Shown: positions 20,540 through 30,149 of the stretch, one piece after another | Numbering within the stretch: the stretch's first letter is position 1 | How the letters are laid out: each line of letters opens with the position of its first letter | NCBI GenBank assembly: GCA_041695225.1 | Contig: JBGFRI010000035.1 | Location: 73,594 to 137,593 of the forward strand | DNA from: Deinococcota bacterium | GTDB lineage: Bacteria > Deinococcota > Deinococci > Deinococcales > Thermaceae | DNA: 64,000 bases | Direction: 5' to 3' | The notes under the pieces: model-generated | Databases searched by the model: none | What the model was told of the DNA's origin: nothing | What the model saw: the letters and a program-made list of their open reading frames with translations, nothing else | Program-made: the position numbers and the translations under genes

Positions 20540-21856
20540 CTATCTGAGCTCTTGCAAGGCCCGGCGCAGGATGGCATCCCGCTCCAGGTCTACCTCGGCC
20601 TGGCCACGTTCGGCAGGCAGGGTAACGGCGGGGCGTGGCTGACTAAAGGTAAACCGGCCTTCCTCGTCGGCCCTGGTGGCGAAGGTCTGGCCGCCGATGG
20701 TAATGGTCACGTTTTCCCCTGGCCGGGCCCCGGTGCCCTCGAAGGCTACCGGCGCTGTGAAGCGGGTATCCCTGACCTCGACATCGGGCTTGATACCCTG
20801 CTCGTTGATGGACCGGCGCTTGGGGGTGAGCCACTCGAAGGTGACCAGGGTCAGGTCGCCGCCGTTGGCCAGGTCAATTACGCTCTGCCCAACCCCTTTG
20901 CCTAAGGAGGTCTCGCCGATTACTCTGGCCCGACCGGTGTCCTGCATGGCCCCCGCTACAATTTCCGCAGCCGAGGCCGAGTTGCGGTTGATCAGTACCA
21001 CCATCGGCCCGGTCCAGGCCACCTGTCCGGTAGCACTGCAGTGGAGCCGGGTATCGGTGCGGGTGCGGGTAAAGACCAGGGGGCCTTCGCGGATAAAAGC
21101 CCGCGCCACCTGGCAGCCCTGATCCAACAGACCCCCGCCGTTGTCGCGCAGGTCGAAGACTAGCTTTTGCACGCCACGCTGCCGCATCTCGGCCAGGGCA
21201 GCGTTAAGTTGCTCGATCACCCGTACATGGCCAAAGCTTTCCAGTGCCACATAGCCCACGTTTCCGGGCAGCATGGTGGTGGAGACCGAGACGATCTGCA
21301 CCCGCTGGCGGATCATCTCGAAGCGCAAAAGAGCACCGGTTCCATCGCGGCGGATGCCGATGGTGACTCTGGTATTCTCGGGGCCACGAATTCTGGCCAC
21401 AATCTCGTTGATATCGAGCCGGGTTACGTCTTCGCCGTTGACCTCGACAATCACATCGCCTGCCATGATCCCGGCGGTGAAAGCGGGCAGGCCGCGCATT
21501 ACGCCCATCACCCGCGCCCCACCTCTATTTTCGTTGGGCGCGAGGGTGGCCCCGATACCAAAAAACTCTCCGCGAATATCCTGCTCGCGCAGCTGGGCCC
21601 GCTGGGGTGGGGAGTAGCTGGTAAACCTGTCGTCAAGCGCGCCCAGCATACCCCGGATACCACCTTCCAGCACGCGGTTTAGCTGGTCGGGCTCGAGGCG
21701 GGTCAGGTACTGGGTTTGAAGGATCTGAAAAGTCTGTATGAGGGATTGCGCGGTAGGATTGCGAGCAAAAGTTTCGATGGCAGGGCCAGCCAGTTGGGCA
21801 TATACCAGCGCAGCCAGAACCCCACCCGCTACGATTAACCAGGCTCTACGCTTCAT
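20540..21856 (-). CDS. ctpA: S41 carboxyl-terminal processing protease with PDZ domain
   Basis: FFGIGA, DLRDNGGG, SASAAE and GKG motifs; N-terminal signal. Confidence 0.9.
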   Translation of the reverse strand: MKRRAWLIVAGGVLAALVYAQLAGPAIETFARNPTAQSLIQTFQILQTQYLTRLEPDQLNRVLEGGIRGMLGALDDRFTSYSPPQRAQLREQDIRGEFFGIGATLAPNENRGGARVMGVMRGLPAFTAGIMAGDVIVEVNGEDVTRLDINEIVARIRGPENTRVTIGIRRDGTGALLRFEMIRQRVQIVSVSTTMLPGNVGYVALESFGHVRVIEQLNAALAEMRQRGVQKLVFDLRDNGGGLLDQGCQVARAFIREGPLVFTRTRTDTRLHCSATGQVAWTGPMVVLINRNSASAAEIVAGAMQDTGRARVIGETSLGKGVGQSVIDLANGGDLTLVTFEWLTPKRRSINEQGIKPDVEVRDTRFTAPVAFEGTGARPGENVTITIGGQTFATRADEEGRFTFSQPRPAVTLPAERGQAEVDLERDAILRRALQELR

Positions 21857-21928
21857 AGTATGGTCACCTAGTCCCACATTTTAGCGCCAATGGATGAGAG
21901 CCAAGTGTTCCTTAACGGACAAATAGAA

Positions 21929-22043
21929 TGTCGCAGGTCTCGGGTCTCGGGTCGCAGGTCAGAAGCTGGTCTCAGGTCGCAAGTCACAGGTCGAAGGACG
22001 AAGGTCGAAGGTCAAAAGCTATCAGTTAATAGCTATCGGCTAA
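21929..22043. repeat. composite heptamer cassette, inverted relative to the 20392-20441 copy
   Basis: gtcgcaggtctcgggtctcgggtcgcaggtcagaagct ... gtcaaaagctatcagttaatagctatcggc. Confidence 0.9.
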
Positions 22044-22168
22044 ATGAGCCGGGAGGGAGATGGGCCTGGGGGTAGATGCGGAAAAGAGGGCCACCAGTAA
22101 CGCTTTTGCCCTTGCTCCCTGGCCCGAAAGGCGGCGCTTCCTCGGCTCTTGTTGTACCCTGGTTAGCG

Positions 22169-22855
22169 ATGATCCACTTTCACCGGGTGACGCTGCAGTA
22201 CACTCGTACCCAGACCAAAGCGCTGTTCGACCTGAACCTCGAGGTCAAGAAAGGCGAGTTTGTATTTCTGGTGGGGCAGTCGGGGGCGGGTAAGTCTAGC
22301 CTGCTCAACCTGATTTTGAAACGGCTCGAGCCCAGTTCGGGGGCGGTGTATTTTGCCGGAGAAAACCTCAAGGCGCTGCGTGGCGACCGTATTGCCCTGC
22401 ATCGCCGCCGGATCGGGGTGGTGTTTCAGGATCACCGGCTGCTAAAGCAAATGACGGTCGAGGAGAACCTGCTTTTCACCCTGCGGGTTTTGGGTATTCC
22501 TAAAACCGAGTGGGATACCCGCGCCACCCGCGTGCTGCGCCAGGTGGGGCTGGTCCACAAAAAGCGCGCCTACCCCGAAGAACTAGCGGTAGGCGAGGCC
22601 CAGCGGGTGGCCATTGCCAGAGCCCTGGTGGGCGACCCCCAGGTACTGCTGGCCGATGAGCCTACCGGCAATCTGGACCCAACCAACGCACTGGCGGTGC
22701 TGGAAGTGTTCAAATCGGTGCACGCCAGCGGCGCTATGGTACTGGTGGCGACCCACTCCCGCGACCTGGTGGAAGCCTATCCCCAGCGGGTGGTGGTGCT
22801 CAAAGCCGGGCAGCTGGTACGAGATGAGCGGGAGGGGAAGTACAGGCTGGCGTAG
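22169..22855 (+). CDS. ftsE: cell division ATP-binding protein FtsE
   Basis: GQSGAGKSS, RRRIGVVFQDHRLL, GEAQRVAIARA and ADEPTGNLDP. Confidence 0.88.
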   Translation: MIHFHRVTLQYTRTQTKALFDLNLEVKKGEFVFLVGQSGAGKSSLLNLILKRLEPSSGAVYFAGENLKALRGDRIALHRRRIGVVFQDHRLLKQMTVEENLLFTLRVLGIPKTEWDTRATRVLRQVGLVHKKRAYPEELAVGEAQRVAIARALVGDPQVLLADEPTGNLDPTNALAVLEVFKSVHASGAMVLVATHSRDLVEAYPQRVVVLKAGQLVRDEREGKYRLA

Positions 22856-22949
22856 TACGGTAAATCTTCATTCCAGAAGCCAAAAGGCCCTCATAGACCT
22901 AATAGTCCATGGCCCATGGCAGGTAGTCAAAGACTGCCTTTTGTTCCCT

Positions 22950-22997
22950 TCGACTTGTGACTCGCGACCTGCGACTTGAGACGTGCGACCTGAGACG
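22950..22997. repeat. CGACTTG/CGACCTG heptamer tract
   Basis: tcgacttgtgactcgcgacctgcgacttgagacgtgcgacctgagacg. Confidence 0.85.
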
Positions 22998-23179
22998 TTA
23001 TTTGGACATTTATCCCTCACTCGGTGGTGATAGTATGGATCTACCAGGTCATAGGGGCTCTTTGAAAGCCTAGACCGCAGTTTCGGGGCACCTTAGTCCG
23101 GTGGGGGTAAGCGAAAAACACCTCCACCTCCCCAAACGCTACCTGGTAACCCATCTGGGGTGTCGATTGGAGGGCGAGA

Positions 23180-23731
23180 ATGAACGTCTACAAGCTGGTT
23201 GGTCGTCAGATCGAGATTACCGAGGCCCTCAAGAACTACCTGGACAAGAAGCTGGCCCGGCTGGACCGCCACTTCGACCACAGTGCCGAGGCTCGAGTGG
23301 TGCTCTCGATGGCCCAGGGCGCCCGGGTCGAGCGTAAGGCTAAGGCCGAGATTCAGGTGAATGTACCAGGGGGCATGGTGCGGGTGGAAGAGGCCGACCC
23401 CGACATGTACGCAGCCATAGATCGCTCAATTGACCGCCTCGAGTACCAGCTGCAGCGCTACAAGGAACGTCACTTCCAGCGCAACCGTCAGTCGGTTCCC
23501 GGGCCTGTACTGGTTGGGGCGCCACAGGCTGAGCTCGAGGAAGATACCGAGCCACGCATTGTTCGTACCAAACGCTTTGCCATGAAACCCATGACCCCAG
23601 AAGACGCATCCTTCGAGATGGAGGCTTTGGGTCACGATTTCTTTATGTTCCGCAACTCCGAGACCGACAAGATTAACGTGATTTACCGCCGCCGCGATGG
23701 CAACTACGGCCTGATTGAGCCTACTGCCTGA
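23180..23731 (+). CDS. hpf: long-form ribosome hibernation promoting factor
   Basis: GRQIEITEALK, DMYAAID, IVRTKRF.MKPMT.EDA, GHDFF and YRRRDGNYGLIE. Confidence 0.95.
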   Translation: MNVYKLVGRQIEITEALKNYLDKKLARLDRHFDHSAEARVVLSMAQGARVERKAKAEIQVNVPGGMVRVEEADPDMYAAIDRSIDRLEYQLQRYKERHFQRNRQSVPGPVLVGAPQAELEEDTEPRIVRTKRFAMKPMTPEDASFEMEALGHDFFMFRNSETDKINVIYRRRDGNYGLIEPTA

Positions 23732-23827
23732 GCGGCCTGGGTCTGTGGTAACGGGTTCTCTTGCTGCGACAGGGGGCGAGTCGGACGTTTCTCTTGAAGC
23801 GATGCCCGCCTGGGCACACAAACCGCA

Positions 23828-25102
23828 TCACATCCTGCTGGGCTGACCAGTAGCCCCCAGAACCTGATGCCAGAACTCGCTCTGGGGGTCAATCTGCTTG
23901 CGCTTGCGCACGGCTAGCGCGATGGGCACGTGGGTAAAGTGCTGATTCCAGTAACCCACCATCACCTCGGTGCGGCCACTCATGCCGGCGTGTACGGCGT
24001 GCTGTCCCAGCGCCAGGCAGTACTCCGAGTCCACGGCGTTGGCCGGCACACTGCGGATGATGTAGCTGGGATCGATGTATTTGATGGTGGTTTCCAGGCC
24101 CTTTCCACCAAAGTGACTGCCCATGGCCTCCTTCAGGAAAAGCCCAATATCTTTGAGCTTGAGGTTGCCCGAGGCATCTTTAGCCTCTTCTCCGTCTATC
24201 AGGTCCTGACCGGCGCCTTCGGCCAGGGCGATTACGGCGTGGCTGCGGGTCAGAAGGCGCTCTTCCAGGGCTGCCAGAAACCCCTCCAGACTAAAAGGAA
24301 CCTCCGGAACCAGGCAGAAATTGACATCGCCGTTAGAAAGGGTGGCATGAGCGGTGATGAAGCCACTGTAACGGCCCATCAGCTTGACCAGCCCAATTCC
24401 GTTGTAGGCGCCGCGGGCCTCGGCGTGGGCGGCTTCTAAGGCCCGGGTGGCTTCCTCGACCGCAGTGGCCACGCCAAAGCTGCGCTCGATCCAGTAGATG
24501 TCGTTGTCAATGGTTTTGGGAATACCAATTACACCGATGGGCAGGCCGCGCTTTTGTAGCTCCTGGGCCAGCGCCGCCGCGCCGCGCAGGGTGCCATCTC
24601 CCCCCACCGTAAACAGAACCCGCACCTCCAGTTTGAGCAGCTGTGCAATCATGTCGCCGATTTCCTGTGGCCCCCTCGAGGTGCCCAGCATGGTGCCGCC
24701 ATCGTCGTGAATGTCTTGTACCATCTCGGGCGTCAGCAGCAGAGGTTCAATACCCCGGCTGGCTGCCAGTCCGGCATACCCATAGCGAAAACCATAGATG
24801 CGCTTCACCCCGTAGCTATAGCTCAGGGTCATCACTACCGACCGGATCACATCGTTTAAGCCAGGGCATAACCCCCCACAGGTCACAATGCCGCAGGCGA
24901 TTTCGCCAGGGTTAAAAAATATCTTGCGGCGGGGGCCGGCCAGCTCAAAGGTGGCGGGCGGATCTTGTAGCTCATCCAGCCGGGAGGCCACCAGGACCCG
25001 GCTACTTTCCTCTACGAACACACTCCGCTGGCTTTGCAGCGGACTGGGGAAATGGCCCGCGCCCAGGGTGCGAATCTGGGTATTCAGCGCATGGTTTTGC
25101 AC
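23828..25102 (-). CDS. 6-phosphofructokinase, PPi-PFK-like (group II) scaffold with ATP-type GGDG motif
   Basis: TCGGLCPGLN, GTSRG, GGDGT, PKTIDND, MGR and YIDPSYIIRS; start placed at GTG 25102. Confidence 0.9.
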   Translation of the reverse strand: MQNHALNTQIRTLGAGHFPSPLQSQRSVFVEESSRVLVASRLDELQDPPATFELAGPRRKIFFNPGEIACGIVTCGGLCPGLNDVIRSVVMTLSYSYGVKRIYGFRYGYAGLAASRGIEPLLLTPEMVQDIHDDGGTMLGTSRGPQEIGDMIAQLLKLEVRVLFTVGGDGTLRGAAALAQELQKRGLPIGVIGIPKTIDNDIYWIERSFGVATAVEEATRALEAAHAEARGAYNGIGLVKLMGRYSGFITAHATLSNGDVNFCLVPEVPFSLEGFLAALEERLLTRSHAVIALAEGAGQDLIDGEEAKDASGNLKLKDIGLFLKEAMGSHFGGKGLETTIKYIDPSYIIRSVPANAVDSEYCLALGQHAVHAGMSGRTEVMVGYWNQHFTHVPIALAVRKRKQIDPQSEFWHQVLGATGQPSRM

Positions 25103-25222
25103 AGGTTTATCATACCCAGCGTTTTGGAGAAAGACGCACCGGGCTTTAGGTCTCCATGCGCCAGCACATCGAACGCCTGGGGGGCCGTTTCTGGCTGGAA
25201 AGCAGCCCGGGTGCGTCCTCTG

Positions 25223-25277
25223 TAAGTCGCATGTCACATGTCGCATGTCAAAAGACCTGTGACCTGAGACCTGTGAC
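25223..25277. repeat. heptamer tract
   Basis: gtcgcatgtcacatgtcgcatgtcaaaagacctgtgacctgagacctgtgac; reverse-complement relative of 18591-18650. Confidence 0.8.
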
Positions 25278-25324
25278 AATAAGTAGAGGGCTTGTGCCCC
25301 TGGCAAACGTTGTAGTGTAAAGGC

Positions 25325-26533
25325 GTGCAAGAATCGTTGTGGCATCTGCTGGCTGCTACCCTGATTGGGTTTGCGGTGGGCCTCGAGCGCGAGCGGGCTA
25401 AGGTAGAGCGCCAGGGCTCGACCATTGGAGGGGTGCGCACCTTCACCCTGATTGGACTGCTGGGGGGCGTGAGCGCACTGGGGCCGGTCCCGTGGTTGCC
25501 CGCAGTGGGGCTGGCAGGAGTGGCCGGGCTGGCGATCTACTCCCTCAAAAACAGCCGCGATGCCACCAGCCAGGTAGCGGCCCTCACGGTAAATGTCCTG
25601 GGAGTGCTGGCTGGCCTGGGCCTGGTGCTGCCGGCTTTGTTTGCAGGTGCCTTGTTGCTGGCTTTTCTGGCCTTCCACGACGAGCTACATGCTTTTGCTG
25701 GCGGCATCCAACGCAACGAGGTAGAGGCAGCGGTTTTGCTGGTCTTGCTGCTGGGGGTGGTCTATCCGCTGCTGCCAGACGCCAACTTTGGGCCATATGG
25801 GGTCTGGAACCCCCGCGAGATCTGGGTGGTAGTCATGCTGGTTGCCGGGGTCAACTTTGTGGGCTATCTGTCCCTTCGTTTATTTGGCTCCAGAGGCCTG
25901 GGCGCAGCCGCCATTCTGGGTGGACTGGTCTCGTCTACAGCGGTAACCCTCTCGATGATTGCCCAGGGGCGGGCCAACCCCAGCAAAAACCCGCTCTGGG
26001 CGAGTGGGGCTGTGCTGGCCTCGCAGATGATGCTGGGCCGAATTCTGGTCTGGAGCGCAATTATCGCCCCGGCACTGGTAGGTATCCTCTGGCTGCCGGT
26101 ACTGGTATGGCTACTGTGGGGGTTTCTGAGCGCAGCCTGGCTGGCCCGGCAGGATCAGGCGGTATCTGAAGGGGTACCGGTGCAAAACCCTTTACAATTG
26201 CAGAGCGCTTTGTTGTTTGCCGGGGTATATGCCCTGGTTATGCTGCTGACCAGAACTGGCCTCGAGGCCTTTGGCAGCGCGGGGGTTTTTGTGATCAGTG
26301 CACTTTCGGGGGTGGTAGACGTAGATGCCATCTCGCTTTCGCTGGCGCGGCTGGCCGAGAACCAGGAGCTAACCTTACAGGTGGCCGCCATCGCCATTAT
26401 CATCGCCTCGCTTAGCAATACCCTGTTCAAGACGGCTCTGTCGTTTGGGGCCAGGGGCCTGGGTGTTTACGTGACCCTTGGACTGGTTCCAGGCGGAGTG
26501 CTGGCCCTGTTGGTTTTGCTGATCAACTCCTAG
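25325..26533 (+). CDS. MgtC/SapB family, DUF4010 membrane protein
   Basis: GLERE, GGVRTF, GGLVSSTAVT, D.DA and N..FK motifs. Confidence 0.88.
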   Translation: MQESLWHLLAATLIGFAVGLERERAKVERQGSTIGGVRTFTLIGLLGGVSALGPVPWLPAVGLAGVAGLAIYSLKNSRDATSQVAALTVNVLGVLAGLGLVLPALFAGALLLAFLAFHDELHAFAGGIQRNEVEAAVLLVLLLGVVYPLLPDANFGPYGVWNPREIWVVVMLVAGVNFVGYLSLRLFGSRGLGAAAILGGLVSSTAVTLSMIAQGRANPSKNPLWASGAVLASQMMLGRILVWSAIIAPALVGILWLPVLVWLLWGFLSAAWLARQDQAVSEGVPVQNPLQLQSALLFAGVYALVMLLTRTGLEAFGSAGVFVISALSGVVDVDAISLSLARLAENQELTLQVAAIAIIIASLSNTLFKTALSFGARGLGVYVTLGLVPGGVLALLVLLINS

Positions 26534-26544
26534 CGCGATTACAG

Positions 26545-27408
26545 CTAAAAATCCCTCCGCCGGAAAACCCAGACCGCTGCTACCAGCACCAGGATACTGT
26601 AGGCCGCTACCCACAGCAGATAGCCCGTGGCGAGCGGCTCGCTGCCCACGAACGGGTTGCCACGGGCGGAATCCTGCGCGCCCAACATGATCTCGGGCTG
26701 CAAAAACACCGAGGCCCCGCGCCAGAGCTGGTCGCTTGGCACCATATAGCTGCTAACTTCCCCCAGACGCTTTAGCATTGGGGTGTTGGTGAAAGCCCCC
26801 ACGCTGGCCAGAATCCCCCCAATCCAGCCCAGACCATAGATCATGAACATCACTACCCCGGTAGTGAGGGTGGAGAACAAACTGCTGCCCAGCAAGGTTA
26901 GAGTGAGTAAGAACAGAACACTCAGCAGCATCAGGGCAATGGCTGCGAGGGGGTTTGGGGGCAGGTAGCCGGTCAGGGCATAAGAACCATAGACCAGAGC
27001 CAGCGACAAGAGCAGCAGATAGGGGAGGGCCAGACTCAGATGCCCCAGCCACCTGCCCAGCACAAACTCCCAGCGCCGGATGGGTTTGGGCAGAATGGAC
27101 TGCAAGGTGCCCGAGTCCACCTCCCCGCTAATGCTGGCAATAGTGGTGAACACACCGGTCAAACTTCCCAAAAAGTTCACAATGTACATCCCCATCAGAA
27201 CCAGCACCGCACTGGGAACCACCATCTGCTCAGGTGAAAGCTCTCGCCCCAGCTGCGCCGCCCGGCGCTCGAAGCTATCCAGCAGAAAGTTCAGACCCAG
27301 AAAATAAAAAAACAAAAAAACCAGCGTGAGCAGGATTATGGCCCACAACAGGCGCCGCCCCAGGGCCTCCTGCCAGGTGAACTGGGCTATCAGCAGCAGG
27401 TTCCTCAC
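26545..27408 (-). CDS. ABC-2 type permease
   Basis: ISGEVDSGTL..IL.KPIRR...VLG.W; six TM segments; ends FRRRDF. Confidence 0.85.
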   Translation of the reverse strand: MRNLLLIAQFTWQEALGRRLLWAIILLTLVFLFFYFLGLNFLLDSFERRAAQLGRELSPEQMVVPSAVLVLMGMYIVNFLGSLTGVFTTIASISGEVDSGTLQSILPKPIRRWEFVLGRWLGHLSLALPYLLLLSLALVYGSYALTGYLPPNPLAAIALMLLSVLFLLTLTLLGSSLFSTLTTGVVMFMIYGLGWIGGILASVGAFTNTPMLKRLGEVSSYMVPSDQLWRGASVFLQPEIMLGAQDSARGNPFVGSEPLATGYLLWVAAYSILVLVAAVWVFRRRDF

Positions 27409-28316
27409 GACGACTCCTTGCTCACCAGCTTCACGAACAGGTCTTCCAGGCTGATCTTGCGCGGACTAAGGGAAAAGAGGCCAGCCCCCGAGTTAACCAC
27501 GGTCTGAGCCAGGATCGGCAGCACGTCCTCGCTCTCGGTCTCGAGCAACACCGTATCCGGGCCGTGGTGCAAAACCCTGGCATGGCGCCCTAGCTCCGAT
27601 AGCAGCTCTGGGTTCAGTGCGCCAACCCGCAGCTCGACCTCGAGTCTCTCGCGCAACAACTCCTTCAACGCTCCGCTCCGCACCACCCGGCCCTTGTCCA
27701 CAAAAGCCACCCGGTCACAGGTCAGCTCAACCTCCGAGAGCAGGTGCGAGTTGAGGAAGATGGTGGTGCCCTCAGCCTTCAGGTGCCGGATGATCTCGCG
27801 TACCTCACGTCGTCCGATGGGGTCCAGGGCCGAGGTGGGCTCGTCCAAAAACACCACCCGGGGATGGTTCAGAAGGGCCTGGGCCAGCCCGATGCGCTGC
27901 TGCATCCCTTTGGAGTAGCCCTTGATACGTTCGTTTTCACGCCCCAGAAGCCCAACCAGCTCCAGCACCTCGGGGATGCGCCGCTGGAGGGCGCTTGCCG
28001 GCATCCCGCAGAGCTGCCCGTGAAAGCGCAGAAACTCCTTTCCGGTCATCCAGTCGTGAAAGCGAAACAGCTCGGGCAAAAATCCCAGCTGGCGCCTGGT
28101 CTCGAGGCTGCCCAGCGGTTTTCCCAGTAGAGTAGCCTGACCGGAGGTTGGATAGGTTAGCCCCAGCAGCATCTTGACGGTGGTGGTCTTGCCAGCCCCA
28201 TTTGGGCCGAGGAAGCCAAAAACCTCCCCCGCCCGAACCTCCAGGCTCAGGTCTTCCACTGCGACGCGGCCGTTGAAAGCTTTTCTCAGATTCAGAGTTT
28301 GAATCGCCAGTGTCAT
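27405..28316 (-). CDS. ABC transporter ATP-binding protein
   Basis: GPNGAGKTT, YSKGMQQR, LDEP and SHLL. Confidence 0.92.
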   Translation of the reverse strand: MTLAIQTLNLRKAFNGRVAVEDLSLEVRAGEVFGFLGPNGAGKTTTVKMLLGLTYPTSGQATLLGKPLGSLETRRQLGFLPELFRFHDWMTGKEFLRFHGQLCGMPASALQRRIPEVLELVGLLGRENERIKGYSKGMQQRIGLAQALLNHPRVVFLDEPTSALDPIGRREVREIIRHLKAEGTTIFLNSHLLSEVELTCDRVAFVDKGRVVRSGALKELLRERLEVELRVGALNPELLSELGRHARVLHHGPDTVLLETESEDVLPILAQTVVNSGAGLFSLSPRKISLEDLFVKLVSKESS

Positions 28317-28354
28317 ACGGTAGCCGCTTCCAGTCTACCCAGCCATGGTGAGGA

Positions 28355-28430
28355 AGGTCGCAGGTCAAAAGTTAGTCGCAGGTCTCAGGTCAAAAGCTAT
28401 TAGCTATTGGCTATCAGCTATCGGCTAATA
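28355..28430. repeat. composite heptamer cassette
   Basis: gtcgcaggtctcaggtcaaaagctattagctattggctatcagctatcggc. Confidence 0.88.
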
Positions 28431-28438
28431 GGCGGATG

Positions 28439-29281
28439 TCACTTGCCAAAGCGTCGCTCGCGCTTCTGGTAGTCGCGCACCGCCCGCAAAAAGTCCACCT
28501 TGCGGAAGGCCGGCCAGAAGGCATCGAAGAAGTAGTACTCGCTGTAGGCGGCCTGCCACAGCAAAAAGCCCGAAAGGCGGATCTCGCCCGAGGTGCGAAT
28601 GATGAAGTCGGGGTCGGGCACGCCTGCGGTGTAAAGCCGCTCGGAGATGTGTTCCATGTCAAGCTCGGCGGCCAGCTCCTCCGGCGACTTGCCGGTTCTG
28701 GCGGCTTCCAGCAGCAGACTCTTGACCGCGTCTATAATTTCTTCCCGCCCGCCGTAGCCCATGGCGATGTTGAGCAGCATCCCGCTGTGGTGCGCGGTGG
28801 CTTTTTCCAGCTCTTCTAAGGCCTGAAGCACTCTGGGGGGAAAGCGGTCGTGCCGTCCGATCACCTTTACCCGCACCTCGTTGGCGTGGATGCGGGGGTC
28901 CTGGGCCATGCGCTGGGCCTCCTGGACGAAAAGGCGCATCAGCGTCTCGACCTCGAGCTGGCTGCGGCTCCAGTTGTCGGTGGAAAACACCCAGATGGTT
29001 ACGGTGGGTATTTTGAGCTCGAGGCACCACTCCAAAACCTCGTAGGCCTTCTGTACGCCAAGCTCGTGGCCTTCGTGCCCTTCCAACCCCAGTTCCCTGG
29101 CAAAACGCCGATTGCCATCCAGAATCATCCCCAGGTGTTTGGGAGCGTGGCCCCGGCGTACCCTGGCCTCGACCCGTTTCTCGTACCACCAGTAGAGCGG
29201 CTTGAGAAGTGCTCTAAAGAGCCGTATGAGTTGCTGTCGAAGCGAACTTTTAGGAATGCGCACAGGTGAAGTCGTCGCCAT
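28439..29281 (-). CDS. uppS: cis-isoprenyl transferase (UppS family)
   Basis: HLGMILDGNRR, FSTDNW.R, YGGREEI, PDPD..IRTSGE.RLSGF and RRFG. Confidence 0.9.
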   Translation of the reverse strand: MATTSPVRIPKSSLRQQLIRLFRALLKPLYWWYEKRVEARVRRGHAPKHLGMILDGNRRFARELGLEGHEGHELGVQKAYEVLEWCLELKIPTVTIWVFSTDNWSRSQLEVETLMRLFVQEAQRMAQDPRIHANEVRVKVIGRHDRFPPRVLQALEELEKATAHHSGMLLNIAMGYGGREEIIDAVKSLLLEAARTGKSPEELAAELDMEHISERLYTAGVPDPDFIIRTSGEIRLSGFLLWQAAYSEYYFFDAFWPAFRKVDFLRAVRDYQKRERRFGK

Positions 29282-29372
29282 GAATCTCCTCAACCCATCT
29301 ATCTTAGCCAGAAGTGCAGGGATAAGGTGTGCAAGTCGGTGAACCCCCCAGGAAACCGGCAAAACCCTGTGT

Positions 29373-29879
29373 TCAGCGTCGCAGGCGATCTACCTTCAAC
29401 ACAAAGCTCATCACGAAGTTGCCGTGTTTGGGGCTGGCCATCTGGATGCTGCTGCCCTGCAAGGTGAGGCTGGTATTGCTGAGCGCCGTGATGGTTACGC
29501 TCCCGCTGCCACCCCAGCTTTTGCGGTTGCTGGGGTTGCGATCGTCCACATAGCTCAGGGTGCCTCGAGCCTGGGGGTCTAAGGGGTCGCCCACCCGGTA
29601 GGTCTGCTGGAGCGGGAGGGGCCCCTTAAGGTCAACCGAAAGAATACGGGGAGCATAAGGGGGTGGACTGCTGCCTGGGTCGGCAAAAAAGTGGAGGCTG
29701 ACTCGAGCCGAGTCCTTGAATACATCCCCCGTCACCCGAATCTGGGGTTTTGCGGGCAACTTGCCCAGATCGTAACCGCGCACCTGAAGCCTGAAACCGC
29801 CCCCCGTGGCGGGGGTGAGCCCGGTTTGAGCCAGGGCCACTGCTGCCAGTAACAGTCCGACTACCCATGGTCTGATCAT
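29373..29879 (-). CDS. hypothetical exported protein
   Basis: Signal peptide ending ALA-Q; beta-strand-rich body. Confidence 0.6.
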   Translation of the reverse strand: MIRPWVVGLLLAAVALAQTGLTPATGGGFRLQVRGYDLGKLPAKPQIRVTGDVFKDSARVSLHFFADPGSSPPPYAPRILSVDLKGPLPLQQTYRVGDPLDPQARGTLSYVDDRNPSNRKSWGGSGSVTITALSNTSLTLQGSSIQMASPKHGNFVMSFVLKVDRLRR

Positions 29880-30149
29880 GCCCCAGGTAAACAGCAGGTA
29901 GGCTGAGGCATATGAAAGTTGTATGCAGGCTTCTTGATTCTGCGCTCGTTCCAGGAGTACAGGACATACCGCTGGAGCGACCCCCGCCCATGCTTCCCTG
30001 TCCTGGCGGAGCAAAAAACTCCTGGATAAAAATCTGTTCAGGAAGCACTTTCCGACTTCGGCTGTGCAAATAAACCAGGATTAGACCCAGAATCCTCTAA
30101 TTTTTGAGATGCGACGTAATATATGTGTACCCATAATGCGGAGGTTGAT

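Noticed and set aside
25103..25678. N-terminal 190 aa of the 616-aa PFK ORF
   Set aside because: Antisense to mgtC and runs through a repeat; PFK similarity starts near 25102
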